A stretch of 64,000 nt of DNA. It comes from an uncultured bacterium. Lineage in GTDB: Bacteria > Krumholzibacteriota > Krumholzibacteriia > Krumholzibacteriales > Krumholzibacteriaceae. Within the stretch, counting starts at the first letter, position 1; each line of letters begins with the position of its first letter. The position numbers and the translations under genes are program-made. Where the stretch lies: assembly GCA_963786935.1 (NCBI GenBank), contig CAWBAN010000001.1, forward strand, positions 288,001-352,000, read 5' to 3'. Below are positions 26,971 to 39,400 of this stretch, one piece after another. The notes below the pieces were generated by a model. That model worked only from the letters and a program-made list of their open reading frames with translations, had not been told where the DNA came from and searched no databases.

Positions 26971-28575
26971 ATGAACGTGGGAAGGAACTCGAAGGTGCGC
27001 CGGGGCCTCGTGCTGTTGCTCGCCGCGTTTCTCGCGGCGTTCACGGGATGCGGGAAGAAGGATCGCGCCGAGCAGGGGGGCACCCTCGTCGTCGGCGAGA
27101 TCAACGATTACGAGGGGCTCAATCCGATGTCGACGACGGACGCCCACGCCCGCGACGTGTATCACCTCATGTTCCTGACCCTCCTCGACGAGCAGTCGGA
27201 CCTCCTCAATTTCAAGCCGCGGCTCGCCGAGTCGTGGGAGTTCTCGCCCGACCGTCTCGATCTCACCTTCCGCCTCCGCGGCGACGTGTACTGGAGCGAC
27301 GGGCTCCCCGTGACGGCGCGCGACGTCGCGGCGACCTTCGCGGCGCAGAAGGACTCGGTGACGCAGTGGCCGAGCCGCCACCTCAAGCAGCACATCGACA
27401 GCGTCACCATCGTCGACGACCGCACGGTCGTGTACCACTACGCCATGGCGTATCCCTACCAGGTGATGGACGCGAACGACGGCCCCGTCATGCCGAAGCA
27501 GGTGCTCGACCGGGTTCCGCACGCGGAGCTCGGGGCGCTGCCGATCGAGCAGCTCCCGACGAACGGCCCCTTTATGCTCCATTCGTGGGTCAGGGGGCAG
27601 GCCCTCACGCTGGCGAGGAACGAGCGCTATTACGAGAAGGGGAAGCCCTATCTCGAGAAGGTCATTTTCAAGATCATCCCCGACCAGACCACCCTCATCA
27701 CGCAGCTCAAGAGCGGCGAGATCGACTGCATGGAGATGGTCTCGCCGGGGGAAATGAACGACATCAAGAGCAACTATCCGAATCTCGCGATCTACGCGTT
27801 CCCGACGCGGGCGTACAACTATATCGGCTGGAACGCGTCGAAACCGCTCTTCGCGAGCGCGCGCGTCCGCCGGGCGCTCACGATGGCGATCGACCGCGCG
27901 CTCATCAACGAGAACGTCTACTACGGATTCGCCCGTGAGTGCACGAGCCCCTTCCCGCCGATCATCTGGGCGTACAATCCGAACATCAAGCCGGTGCCCT
28001 ACGACACCGCCGGGGCGCGGCGGATACTCGCGGAAGAGGGCTTCCGCGACACGAACAGCGACGGCTGGCTCGAGAAGAACGGCAAGCGTTTCGAGTTCGA
28101 TCTCATCACGAACCACGGGAACCAGCTCCGGAGCGACGTCATGGTGACGGTCCAGGAGATGCTGCGGAATGTGGGCATCAAGGTCAACGCCGCCGCCCTC
28201 GAATGGACGATATTCCTCGAGAAGGTCAAATCGGGCGAGTACGATGCCCAGGTCAACGCCTGGCGCGTCGGCGGGAAGGCCGACTTCGCGCCGATCTGGT
28301 CGTGCGAGGCGCGCACGCCCCCCGGCTACAACCGGGTCGACTACTGCAATCCGCTCGTGGACAGCCTCAACGCGGCGGCGGCGGGAATGCTCGATTTCGA
28401 GCAGGCGAAGCCGCTCTTCTGGCGGATTCAGGAGCTCATTTACGAGGATCAGCCGTACACGTTTCTCAACGTTCTCGATGCGCGCGACGTCGTGCACCGG
28501 CGGTTCAGGGACGTGAAGCCGGACGCGATCAGCATGTACCATTATCTGCAGGACTGGTGGGTTTCGGAGGAGTAG
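26971..28575 (+). CDS. Peptide/nickel ABC transporter substrate-binding lipoprotein (family 5)
   Basis: Lipobox FTGC; PRLAESWE...WSDG.PVTARDV, TNGPF, VRRALTMAIDR; no adjacent permease or ATPase. Confidence 0.9.
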   Translation: MNVGRNSKVRRGLVLLLAAFLAAFTGCGKKDRAEQGGTLVVGEINDYEGLNPMSTTDAHARDVYHLMFLTLLDEQSDLLNFKPRLAESWEFSPDRLDLTFRLRGDVYWSDGLPVTARDVAATFAAQKDSVTQWPSRHLKQHIDSVTIVDDRTVVYHYAMAYPYQVMDANDGPVMPKQVLDRVPHAELGALPIEQLPTNGPFMLHSWVRGQALTLARNERYYEKGKPYLEKVIFKIIPDQTTLITQLKSGEIDCMEMVSPGEMNDIKSNYPNLAIYAFPTRAYNYIGWNASKPLFASARVRRALTMAIDRALINENVYYGFARECTSPFPPIIWAYNPNIKPVPYDTAGARRILAEEGFRDTNSDGWLEKNGKRFEFDLITNHGNQLRSDVMVTVQEMLRNVGIKVNAAALEWTIFLEKVKSGEYDAQVNAWRVGGKADFAPIWSCEARTPPGYNRVDYCNPLVDSLNAAAAGMLDFEQAKPLFWRIQELIYEDQPYTFLNVLDARDVVHRRFRDVKPDAISMYHYLQDWWVSEE

Positions 28576-28633
28576 GAGCGCGTCTGCGCGCCCGCGGCCG
28601 GCGCGGCGCGGGCGGGGGCGCCTCGAGGTTCGC

Positions 28634-29062
28634 ATGATTCATCAGATCGGGCTCGCGGCCATCGTGAGCGGCGTCGCCGCGCAGGGGCTCAAACCGTTCA
28701 TCGACGGCGTCCAGAAAAAGGGATTCAATCCGCTCCGTATGCTCGATACGGGAGGGATGCCGAGCTCGCACACCGCCGTCGTCACGACGCTCACGACGGG
28801 GGTCGCCTACTACCAGGGCGTCTCGTCGCCGCTCTTCGGCGTATCGCTCATCATGAGCCTCTATTTCATCTTCGAGGCGACCGGCCTCCGGCAGGAGGTC
28901 GGCCATCAGGCGCGCGTTCTGAACGATCTGGTGGAACACGTGCGGGCCACCGGCTCGCGCCACGTCGAGCCGGAGGTGCTCCGCGAGCTCATCGGACACA
29001 CGTGGATCGAGGTGTTCGCCGGGCTCGGGCTCGGGTTCATCGTGGCGCTGCTCATGTTCTGA
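28634..29062 (+). CDS. Divergent PAP2 family protein (DUF212)
   Basis: AQGLK, TGGMPSSHTA, ATGLRQEVG.QAR.LN, ELIGHT. Confidence 0.9.
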   Translation: MIHQIGLAAIVSGVAAQGLKPFIDGVQKKGFNPLRMLDTGGMPSSHTAVVTTLTTGVAYYQGVSSPLFGVSLIMSLYFIFEATGLRQEVGHQARVLNDLVEHVRATGSRHVEPEVLRELIGHTWIEVFAGLGLGFIVALLMF

Positions 29063-29192
29063 CGGTCGTGCCGGCGCCGCGGCGCTCGAAAAACGGCGCC
29101 GAATTCTCAGAAACATCTTGACACCACGGCGCGCCTCAATCGAAAATCGCACCGATGAATGTGCTCGGCAGCATATCGCGTGGCAAGGATGA

Positions 29193-29227
29193 GGGCCGGA
29201 TCATCGGGGGATGTTTCGGCTCTTTTT
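29193..29227 (+). terminator. Intrinsic terminator-like hairpin in the leader of the ParA-CBM gene
   Basis: GGGCCGGA-TCATC-GGGG-GATGT-TTCGGCTC stem-loop followed by TTTTT, downstream of TTGACA at 29118. Confidence 0.45.
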
Positions 29228-29284
29228 GTTCGCCGCCGGCCCGGCGGTGAGCGCGCGGGACCGTATGCGGAGGAGGCAGCGTCG

Positions 29285-30361
29285 ATGCGGATCATATCGA
29301 TCATAAACCAGAAGGGCGGATGCGGGAAGACCACCGTCGCGATCAATCTCGCCGCGGCGCTCCGAGAGCTCGGGCTGAAGACGCTCCTCATCGACCTCGA
29401 TCCGCAGGCCCACGCCTCGCTCGGATTCGGCGTCTCCCCCGAAGACACCGGAACGACGGTCTACGATCTGCTCAAGGATCCCCGCGTCGACGTCTCGGAC
29501 GCGCTGCGCATGATCGAGGAGAATCTCTATATCATCCCCTCTTCCGCCGTCTTGAGCGCGATCGAGCAGGAGCTCTCGGGCAAGGCGGGCCGGGAAGGGC
29601 GGCTGCTCGCCAAGCTCGCCCGCGTGCCGGCCGATTTCCGCTACGTGGTCATCGATTCGCCTCCGAGCATCGGGCTCCTCACGTTCAACGCGCTCATGGC
29701 CTCGAGCGAGGTGATCATTCCGGTCGATCCGAGCCGCTTCTCGGTTCACGGGCTCGAAAAGCTCCTCGAGACGCTCGAGCTGCTCGAGCGGGAAACGCGG
29801 CATACGATCGGCGTGCACGTGCTCATGAACAACGTCGAGCGCCGGACGACCTTCAGCCGCGCGATCGTCGACGAGGTCGAGCGGAGCCACGGCGCCGTGC
29901 TCATGAAGACGAACATCTGCCATTCGGTGCGCTACAAGGAGGCGGCGTTCGAGGGGCTCCCGATCTTCCGGATGCGGCACGTCGAGCAGTTCCAGGAAGA
30001 GTTCCTCGATCTCGCGCGGGAGATAGAGGAGACCCCCCCGTCGGCGCTCGCCGTCGAGAGCATCGATGACTGGATGGTGCGGCTGCACGGTCCGCGGCGC
30101 GTCGAGGAAGGGATTCTCTTCATGCTCAACGCGCCGAACGCGCAGAACGTGTACCTGACGGGGGAGTTCACGAACTGGTCGCGCGAAGGGATTCGGATGG
30201 AGAAGGACGAGAAGACCGGTTACTGGAAGACGGTTCTCCATCTCGAGCCCGGCGAGTACGAATACCGGTTCATCGTGGACGGCGTCTGGATCAAGGATCC
30301 GAACAACACCGACTCCGTGCTCAACGAGTTCGGCCAGGAAAACTCCCTTCTCATCGTGTAA
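29285..30361 (+). CDS. ParA/Soj family ATPase fused to a C-terminal AMPK-beta-type glycogen-binding (CBM48) domain
   Basis: GGAGG RBS; NQKGGCGKTT, IDLDPQ, IDSPPS; C-terminal VYLTGEFTNW...GYWKTVLHLEPGEYEYRFIVDGVWIKDPNN...ENSLLIV. Confidence 0.9.
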   Translation: MRIISIINQKGGCGKTTVAINLAAALRELGLKTLLIDLDPQAHASLGFGVSPEDTGTTVYDLLKDPRVDVSDALRMIEENLYIIPSSAVLSAIEQELSGKAGREGRLLAKLARVPADFRYVVIDSPPSIGLLTFNALMASSEVIIPVDPSRFSVHGLEKLLETLELLERETRHTIGVHVLMNNVERRTTFSRAIVDEVERSHGAVLMKTNICHSVRYKEAAFEGLPIFRMRHVEQFQEEFLDLAREIEETPPSALAVESIDDWMVRLHGPRRVEEGILFMLNAPNAQNVYLTGEFTNWSREGIRMEKDEKTGYWKTVLHLEPGEYEYRFIVDGVWIKDPNNTDSVLNEFGQENSLLIV

Positions 30362-30364
30362 ATC

Positions 30365-31156
30365 ATGCCCGAGAGACGATCATCCCGAAGCCTGCGCGAC
30401 GTCTCGCACCTGTTTCTCTCGCAGTCGCGCCCGGCGCGGAGCGCGGGCGGCGCCGGCACGGTCCGCGTCTGGATCGCCGCCGCCGACGCCTCTCCGGCCC
30501 GCGCCCACCTCGCGGCGGGGCTGGCGGCGGCCCTCGCGCGGGACGGGATGCGCGTGTCTCTCGTCGAGGTGTGCGGGTGCCTCCCCGCCGTCGGCTACTA
30601 TTTCGGCATGGACGGCGCCGAATACCTCCTCCCGGTTCTCGACCGGGACGCGCTCGTGAGCGGTTCGTGGAACGGCGCCGTCGAGTACCGCTTCTCGGCG
30701 GGTGTGGCGCCGCTTCGCGGGTGCCGGTTCGACGATCCGGCGCCCGGGACGCCCCGGGCGATCGTCGCGGCGTTTCAGTATCCGCGCGGCGCCGTCGCCG
30801 CGCCGTTCTTCGCGGCCCTGCGGGAGATCTCGACGGGAATCTCCGGCGGCGGAGCGCCGGATTCCGGTTCCCCCGACGCGATCGTGCTGGCCGGCGGCGC
30901 CGATAGCGCCCCGATCCTCAAGGCCTGCATGGCGGCGCTGGAACGGGAGCATCCCCGCGCGGCCTGCTTCCTCGCCTCGAACGCATCGGCGCGCGGCGCC
31001 GAGGCCTTCGAGCGCCTGTCGCTGCCGGATGACGTGCGCCGTTCGTGGCCGCGGCGGACGCCGCCGGCCGGCCCGTGGTTCGACGAGCTCGCGGGTAGAA
31101 TGCTCCAGGTCGTGAGCATGCGGCGAAGAGGGGCGGTGGGCTGTGCGGCGAAATGA
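30365..31156 (+). CDS. Hypothetical protein with degenerate ParA/MinD-like segment and basic N-terminal peptide
   Basis: Starts 3 nt after the ParA-CBM stop; MPERRSSRSLRDVSHLFLS; LAAGLAAALARDGMRVSLVE without a Walker A lysine. Confidence 0.65.
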   Translation: MPERRSSRSLRDVSHLFLSQSRPARSAGGAGTVRVWIAAADASPARAHLAAGLAAALARDGMRVSLVEVCGCLPAVGYYFGMDGAEYLLPVLDRDALVSGSWNGAVEYRFSAGVAPLRGCRFDDPAPGTPRAIVAAFQYPRGAVAAPFFAALREISTGISGGGAPDSGSPDAIVLAGGADSAPILKACMAALEREHPRAACFLASNASARGAEAFERLSLPDDVRRSWPRRTPPAGPWFDELAGRMLQVVSMRRRGAVGCAAK

Positions 31157-31493
31157 CAGCGCGGATCCGGCGGGTTCGGGCGTTTTCGCCGCCGCCCGGC
31201 TGATCGGGCCGCGCGCGACCCGGCGTCTCTTCATCAGGTTCTGCCGGGAAGTGAGACGGTTTTCCGGCCGGTTCGAGGTCGAGATCTCGCCGTTCGAGGT
31301 CGCGCTGCGCGATCCGGGGGCGGATTTCTGCGTCATCGTATCGCCGCTCAGGGATCTCTTTCTCGTTTCGATCGGGGAAAGCCGCTCCTTCGACGTGCGG
31401 GTTTCGTCGGCGGAGAGCTTCGTTTCGGCGCTCGATCTCGCGCTCGAGCGCTACCTCGTTTCCGCTTCCCGTGCGACGGCAGCCGCCCGATAG
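31143..31493 (+). CDS. Small hypothetical protein
   Basis: GTG overlaps the previous gene by 14 nt; globular alpha/beta-like composition. Confidence 0.55.
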   Translation: MRRNDSADPAGSGVFAAARLIGPRATRRLFIRFCREVRRFSGRFEVEISPFEVALRDPGADFCVIVSPLRDLFLVSIGESRSFDVRVSSAESFVSALDLALERYLVSASRATAAAR

Positions 31494-31593
31494 CCTTCGG
31501 AGCGGACGCCGGATCCCCTCATTCCAGCCGCCCCGCAACCGATTCTCTCGATACGATTCTTCATTTTTCTTTCGCGGGAGCCGGAATCTTTTT

Positions 31594-31611
31594 ATCTTAC
31601 AACTGTAAGAT
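31594..31611. promoter_or_regulatory. 8-2-8 palindrome ATCTTACA-AC-TGTAAGAT (TACAnnTGTA, BlaI/MecI/CopY-type operator)
   Basis: Perfect inverted repeat just upstream of the AGGAGG RBS of the metalloprotease gene. Confidence 0.55.
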
Positions 31612-31625
31612 GTGCAAGGAGGTGG

Positions 31626-33440
31626 ATGATGATGAAGAGACGCATGGCAATCGGATTGGTTCTCGCTCTCGCCGCCCTCGCTTCGTGCGTTTTCCAGAAC
31701 AATCCGCTCGAGCCGAACAATCCGCCGAAGATAAGGACTTACGATCCGCCGCAGAGCTTCTTGTCCCTCATCGCCCCCGACTCGTGCCAGTTCTCCATCG
31801 GCGCCGTCGATCCGGACGGGGACGCCATCGTGTACTTGTTTCACGCGGGTGACTCCGTGCTGAGTCGCTCGAACACGGCCAAATTCTACGCCGTCAAGCC
31901 CGGGCGCTACGATATCCGGGGGGAGGCGCGGGACGGCACGACCAAGGTATACCGCGACTGGCAGGTTACCGTCTTCACGAAGGACAACAAGCCGCCGCGC
32001 ATCACGTCGCAGTATCCCGATCAGGGGGTTATTTCGTGCGCGGTGGGGGATACGCTTGAATTCCATATCACCGCCGAGGACGATCATCCGGAAGCCCTCC
32101 AGCTCCTCTATCAGCTCGACGGCATACTGCTCAAGTCGGGCTCGGAGGATCTGGCGCACCGGTTCATGGAGCGCGGCGATTTTCGCCTCGACGCGATCGC
32201 TTGGGACGGGCAGTACGGCGACACGGTCGGCTGGGACGTCAGCGTCGCGGGATTCCCCGATACGATCGCTCCGGGCCCCGTCATCGATCTCGCGGGCGAG
32301 CCCGGCTCGATCGACGGCTCGATTTCGCTCGTCTGGACGGCGCCGGGGGACGACGAGAACGAAGGGCGCGCGGCCTCCTACGTCGTGAAGACGTCGGTGT
32401 ACCCGATTCTGACCGAGGAGGATTGGAACGACGCCGAAGGCAAGCCCGGGGAGCCAATTCCTTCCCCGGCGGGAACGGTCGAGCATATGACGATCCGGAA
32501 TCTCATCTCGGCGAGCTACGTGTACGTCGGGATGCGCGCCGTGGACGATTTCTTCAATATGTCGCCGATCGGAAACAGTATCAAGGTGCTCGTGAGGGGA
32601 ATCGATATCGGCGGCCGCACGCTCAACGCCGCCACGGGAGAGCCCGTTCAGGGGATCGAAGTGCTCACGAGCCTGAAGCGGGACACGAGCGGCGCGGACG
32701 GCTCGTATCTCATCTACAACATTCCTTCCTATACGACCTCGGTGCTCGCGCGGGACGAGAACAACACGAACCTGCTCGGCGACTATTTCAACTGCTCGTC
32801 CGCGATCACGACGGTGACGCAGCTCGACAAGGACTTCTACATGATACCGGCGTTCGCGCTCGTCAACACCGTACCTCCCGATCCGTACGAGGGCCGGTGG
32901 CTCGCGTTCTTCAAGGAGATCACGAGGACCGACGGCTACGTGGGGCGGCCGACCGTGTACGTCGGCTGGAATCACTGGCCGATCAAGGTCTACACCCCGT
33001 CGCAGACGTACATGGGTCTCGATCTTCAGCTCGTCAGCCGGAACGCGCTCGAGGACTGGGAGCAGTCGACGGGCGTCGATCTTTTCGTCGAGGTGCCGAC
33101 GGAGACCGGCGCGGACGTCGTGGTGAAATACGACACGCTGATCGACGAGCGGCACCACGTGGAGACGCCTCTGCGCAACGCGGACGGCACGCCGGCTCTC
33201 AAGGAGATTTATATTTATACGAAGAATACCGACGTACCCCTTTCGAGATTCGCCCATCTGGTCTTCACCCACGAGCTCGGCCATGTTATCGGGCTCGATC
33301 ACAGCAGGAACGTCGGGCATCTCATGGTCGGCCTGACCATGCCGCAAGCGCACCATCCGACGACCGACGAGATCAACGTCGTTCGTGTTCTCTACCACAT
33401 GCCCAATTTCTTCGACTACAAGCATGTGATGGAGGATTAG
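31626..33440 (+). CDS. Lipoprotein with Ig/FN3-like domains and C-terminal matrixin-type zinc metalloprotease domain
   Basis: Lipobox LASC; FN3-like LVWTAPGDD; HELGHVIGLDH zinc motif and Met-turn HLMVG. Confidence 0.82.
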   Translation: MMMKRRMAIGLVLALAALASCVFQNNPLEPNNPPKIRTYDPPQSFLSLIAPDSCQFSIGAVDPDGDAIVYLFHAGDSVLSRSNTAKFYAVKPGRYDIRGEARDGTTKVYRDWQVTVFTKDNKPPRITSQYPDQGVISCAVGDTLEFHITAEDDHPEALQLLYQLDGILLKSGSEDLAHRFMERGDFRLDAIAWDGQYGDTVGWDVSVAGFPDTIAPGPVIDLAGEPGSIDGSISLVWTAPGDDENEGRAASYVVKTSVYPILTEEDWNDAEGKPGEPIPSPAGTVEHMTIRNLISASYVYVGMRAVDDFFNMSPIGNSIKVLVRGIDIGGRTLNAATGEPVQGIEVLTSLKRDTSGADGSYLIYNIPSYTTSVLARDENNTNLLGDYFNCSSAITTVTQLDKDFYMIPAFALVNTVPPDPYEGRWLAFFKEITRTDGYVGRPTVYVGWNHWPIKVYTPSQTYMGLDLQLVSRNALEDWEQSTGVDLFVEVPTETGADVVVKYDTLIDERHHVETPLRNADGTPALKEIYIYTKNTDVPLSRFAHLVFTHELGHVIGLDHSRNVGHLMVGLTMPQAHHPTTDEINVVRVLYHMPNFFDYKHVMED

Positions 33441-33466
33441 GTCATGCTGGCGGAATGATCGGACGA

Positions 33467-33489
33467 GCGTATGCCAAAATGGCATACGC
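33467..33489. promoter_or_regulatory. 10-3-10 inverted repeat GCGTATGCCA-AAA-TGGCATACGC, candidate enhancer-binding-protein site
   Basis: Perfect palindrome with no U-tract, about 105-125 nt upstream of a -24/-12 motif. Confidence 0.5.
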
Positions 33490-33593
33490 CCTGAGCTGCT
33501 CATCGCATGGGATTGCAGGTAGTTCCTCCAGTCGTTCGATTAACTAACAGTGCAATAATCAATTAACTTGAATGCGGGACCGGAGGAGCTAAC

Positions 33594-33608
33594 TGGCATA
33601 ATCGGTGC
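33594..33608 (+). promoter_or_regulatory. Sigma54-type promoter TGGCAT-N5-GTGC upstream of clpB
   Basis: GG and GC separated by exactly 10 nt; about 40 nt before the clpB start. Confidence 0.6.
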
Positions 33609-33650
33609 GGTGCTCCGCTGTGGAATACGGCTTTAGAGAGGTGATGCGAA

Positions 33651-36277
<2,627 letters not shown>

Positions 36278-36307
36278 CGAATGGTGTTTACGCGATAAAT
36301 ACCATTC

Positions 36308-36336
36308 TTGACAAAGAGTTGTATTTCATGTAGAAT
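36308..36336 (+). promoter_or_regulatory. Sigma70-type promoter TTGACA-N17-TAGAAT
   Basis: Near-consensus hexamers with 17-nt spacing upstream of the C25 protease. Confidence 0.75.
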
Positions 36337-36493
36337 AGTGTGGTATCTGATTCCGCGCTCCTCTTCATGACCAGGAGTGGGATGTTCATCAAAGGAGCTG
36401 CACCATTCGGTCATACTGCTATTGTCTCTCTTGGAAGCTCTGTTAATTCACTGCCTTGGAAAATGGTTCGCTAGCAGCAGGAGGACTTGTTAC

Positions 36494-39400
36494 ATGCGAC
36501 GGATTTCATCCGCACTCCTCTCCCTCTTGATTTTCCTGGCCCTGCCGGTGCATTCCGCCTCAGGCGCCACCCTTTCATGGACCTTCAGCCTGGAGCCGGT
36601 GCAGCTCAGGTACGAAGATGCGGACGCCGGCCGCGTGCGCATCGCGATCGACGGGTATGCCGCGCTCGAGTATTTCGATCATCCGGCGCTGCCGTACCGG
36701 GTCGTGAGCGTGCTCCTTCCGCAGGGGGAAGACGTCTCGGCGTACCGGCTCGACGCGCTCGACCGCGTCTCGGTGAGGCCGGCCAAGCCGCTCGCCGTCT
36801 TCTCGGGGAGCTATCGGGACGACGGCGAAATGCTGGGGCTCGCCGCCGACGGCGCGGCGGGAGAGGGGGCGGATGCGGTCTTCCCCGCCTGGCGGGTGCG
36901 GCATCTCGGGACCGGCTCCTACCGGGGATACCGGATCGCCCAGTTCGCCGTCTATCCGGTCCGCTACGATGCGGGCTCGGGAGAGCTGACCATCGAGAGC
37001 TCGGTCCGGCTCGTCGTCGAAACGGCGCCGTCGAGCGACGCGGGCACGGTCGACCGTCTGCGCTATATCGAAGGATTCAGGGATGAATCGCGGAGGAGCG
37101 TCGAGGGGAAATGCGTCAATCCGGAGGCCGCCGCGGCCTATTCATTCGACGAGATCAAGGTCGATCCGGGAACGAGGGCGTTTCTCCCCAGCTACGAGCC
37201 GAGCATGGAGGGGAGCGACGTCAAGTATCTCATCATCACGAACGAGGCGATGTCCCCCGCGTTCCAGCGCCTCGCCGATTGGAAGACGAAGAAGGGAATC
37301 CCCGCGGTCGTGCGCACCGTCGAATACATCAAGGGGCGGAGCCGCTCGGGCGCGGATCTCGCGGAGACGCTCCGCAACTTCATCGCCGACGCCTACGCGC
37401 AGTGGGGCGTCGAGTACGTGCTCCTCGGCGGGGACACCGACGTGATCCCGGCCCGGTTCGGATTCGTCACGTTCTATACGGGGGAGTTCATCCCGACGGA
37501 TATGTACTACTCGTGCATCGACGGGACGTGGAACGCCGACGGCGATTCGCTCTGGGGCGAGGCGTTCCACAGCGCGCTCGACCAGGGGGACAACTGCGAC
37601 CTGTACTCCGAGGTGTACCTGGGGAGGCTCCCGGTGTCGACGTCGACCGAGGCGACCACCCTCGTGAACAAGATCATCAACTACTCGACGCCCACGGAAA
37701 CCGCGTCGAAGTCGAAGTTCCTCATGCTCGCGGAAGTGGTCTTCCCCTCCGATTACCACCCCGGCGACCAGATCATCCTCGACGGCGCGGAGATCGAGCA
37801 GTCCGTCTACAACGCCTACCTGGCCGGAAATCCCGACGTGACGACGGCGCGCCTCTACGAGAACTATCCGGCGTACGCGGGATCGCTCCCGCTCACGAGG
37901 GCCATCACGCTCGATTCGATGAGCGCCGGCGTGAATCACATTCTCCACACGGGGCACGGGTACAAGTACAACATGTCGGTCGGCGACGGGAGCATCCTCA
38001 ATTACGACGCGTCGAGCCTCACGAACGGGCACAAGCTCTTCTCGATGTACCTCATGAGCTGCACGAACGTCGCGTTCGACACCGATTGCCTCGCCGAGTA
38101 CTTCCTCCTCAATTCGAACGGCGGCGCGTTCGCCGTCACCGGATCGAGCAGGTCGGCGTTCCCGAGCGCGTCGCGCCCCTACCTGGATGAATACTACCGC
38201 CTCCTCTTTACGGAGGACGTCGTTCAGCTCGGGAGGCTTCAGACCCTCTCCCGCGAGCCGTTCACGGGCAGCGCGTACGGAGAGACCGCCGACCGGTGGA
38301 CGCACTTCATCTACAACTACCTCGGCGATCCCGAGATCTGTATCTACCAGGGGGCCGCGAAGACCTATGCGGTGACGAAGCCGGCCTCGGCCTCGTTCGG
38401 ATCGAATTCGATCTCGATCGGCGTGACGAGCGGGGGGGCGCCCGCCGACTCGGCCGTGGTCTGTCTCTACAAGAAAGGCGACGCGTACGCGTACGCGTCG
38501 ACCGGCCCCTCGGGCACGGTCGTGTTTCCCGCGTTTCTCTGCAAGAGCTCCGGCCCGATCTACGTGACCGTGACGGGGCTCGATCACGGAACCTATCGCG
38601 ATTCGATCATGGTCGCGCAGCAGGCGCCCGCGTACGTGCGGGTGAACAAGACGCGGGTCGAAGACTACATCGTCGGCAACAACGACCTCGCGCTCGACGC
38701 CGGCGAGTCGGTCAACCTGCAGGTCGAGCTCAAGAACACCGGCCAGACCGCCGCGGCGAAGCTCTATGCAATCGTCCGTTCGGCCGATCCGGCCGTGACG
38801 GTGACCGACAGCGTAGCGGTCTATCCCGATCTCGCGGCGGGCGCCAAGGCGTACGGGCTCGATCCCTACCTCTTCGGCGTCGCCGCGTCGGTGAGCGACC
38901 TGGATCCCGTCGAATTCACGATCGACGTGCGCGATTCCACGGGCCGCTTCTGGTCGGAGAAGTTCGCGATCGCGGTCCACGCGCCGGCGATCGAGATCTA
39001 CGTGAATGCGCTCAGCGACACGCTGCCGTTCGGAAACAACAACGGCGTCATCGAGGAGGGAGAGAGCTGCCGCCTCAGGATCGCGCTGAAGAACTACGGC
39101 ACGGGCGTGGCGCAGGGCATCACCGGCAAGATCCGCTCCCTCGACGGCGACATCGTCGTCACCGACAGCACGTCGAGCTACGGCGATATCTCGCTCCTCG
39201 AAGCCGAGAGCGGGCAGGGCTTCGTCCTCTCCGAGGTGAACCGGACGCAGGTGAACTATTTCACCTTCCAGGCGACCGACCGGTTCGGAAGAGTATTCTC
39301 CAAGCGGATGGAGCTTCGGAAGCCCGGCGCGCCGAAATCGGTCGTCCTCAACTCGAGCTACGGGCCGAACGAGATCCATCTGACGTGGCGCAGGCCCGAC

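Noticed and set aside
36340..36490. c-di-GMP-I riboswitch in the protease leader
   Set aside because: The GCAAA..GAAA..GACGCAAA core is not present
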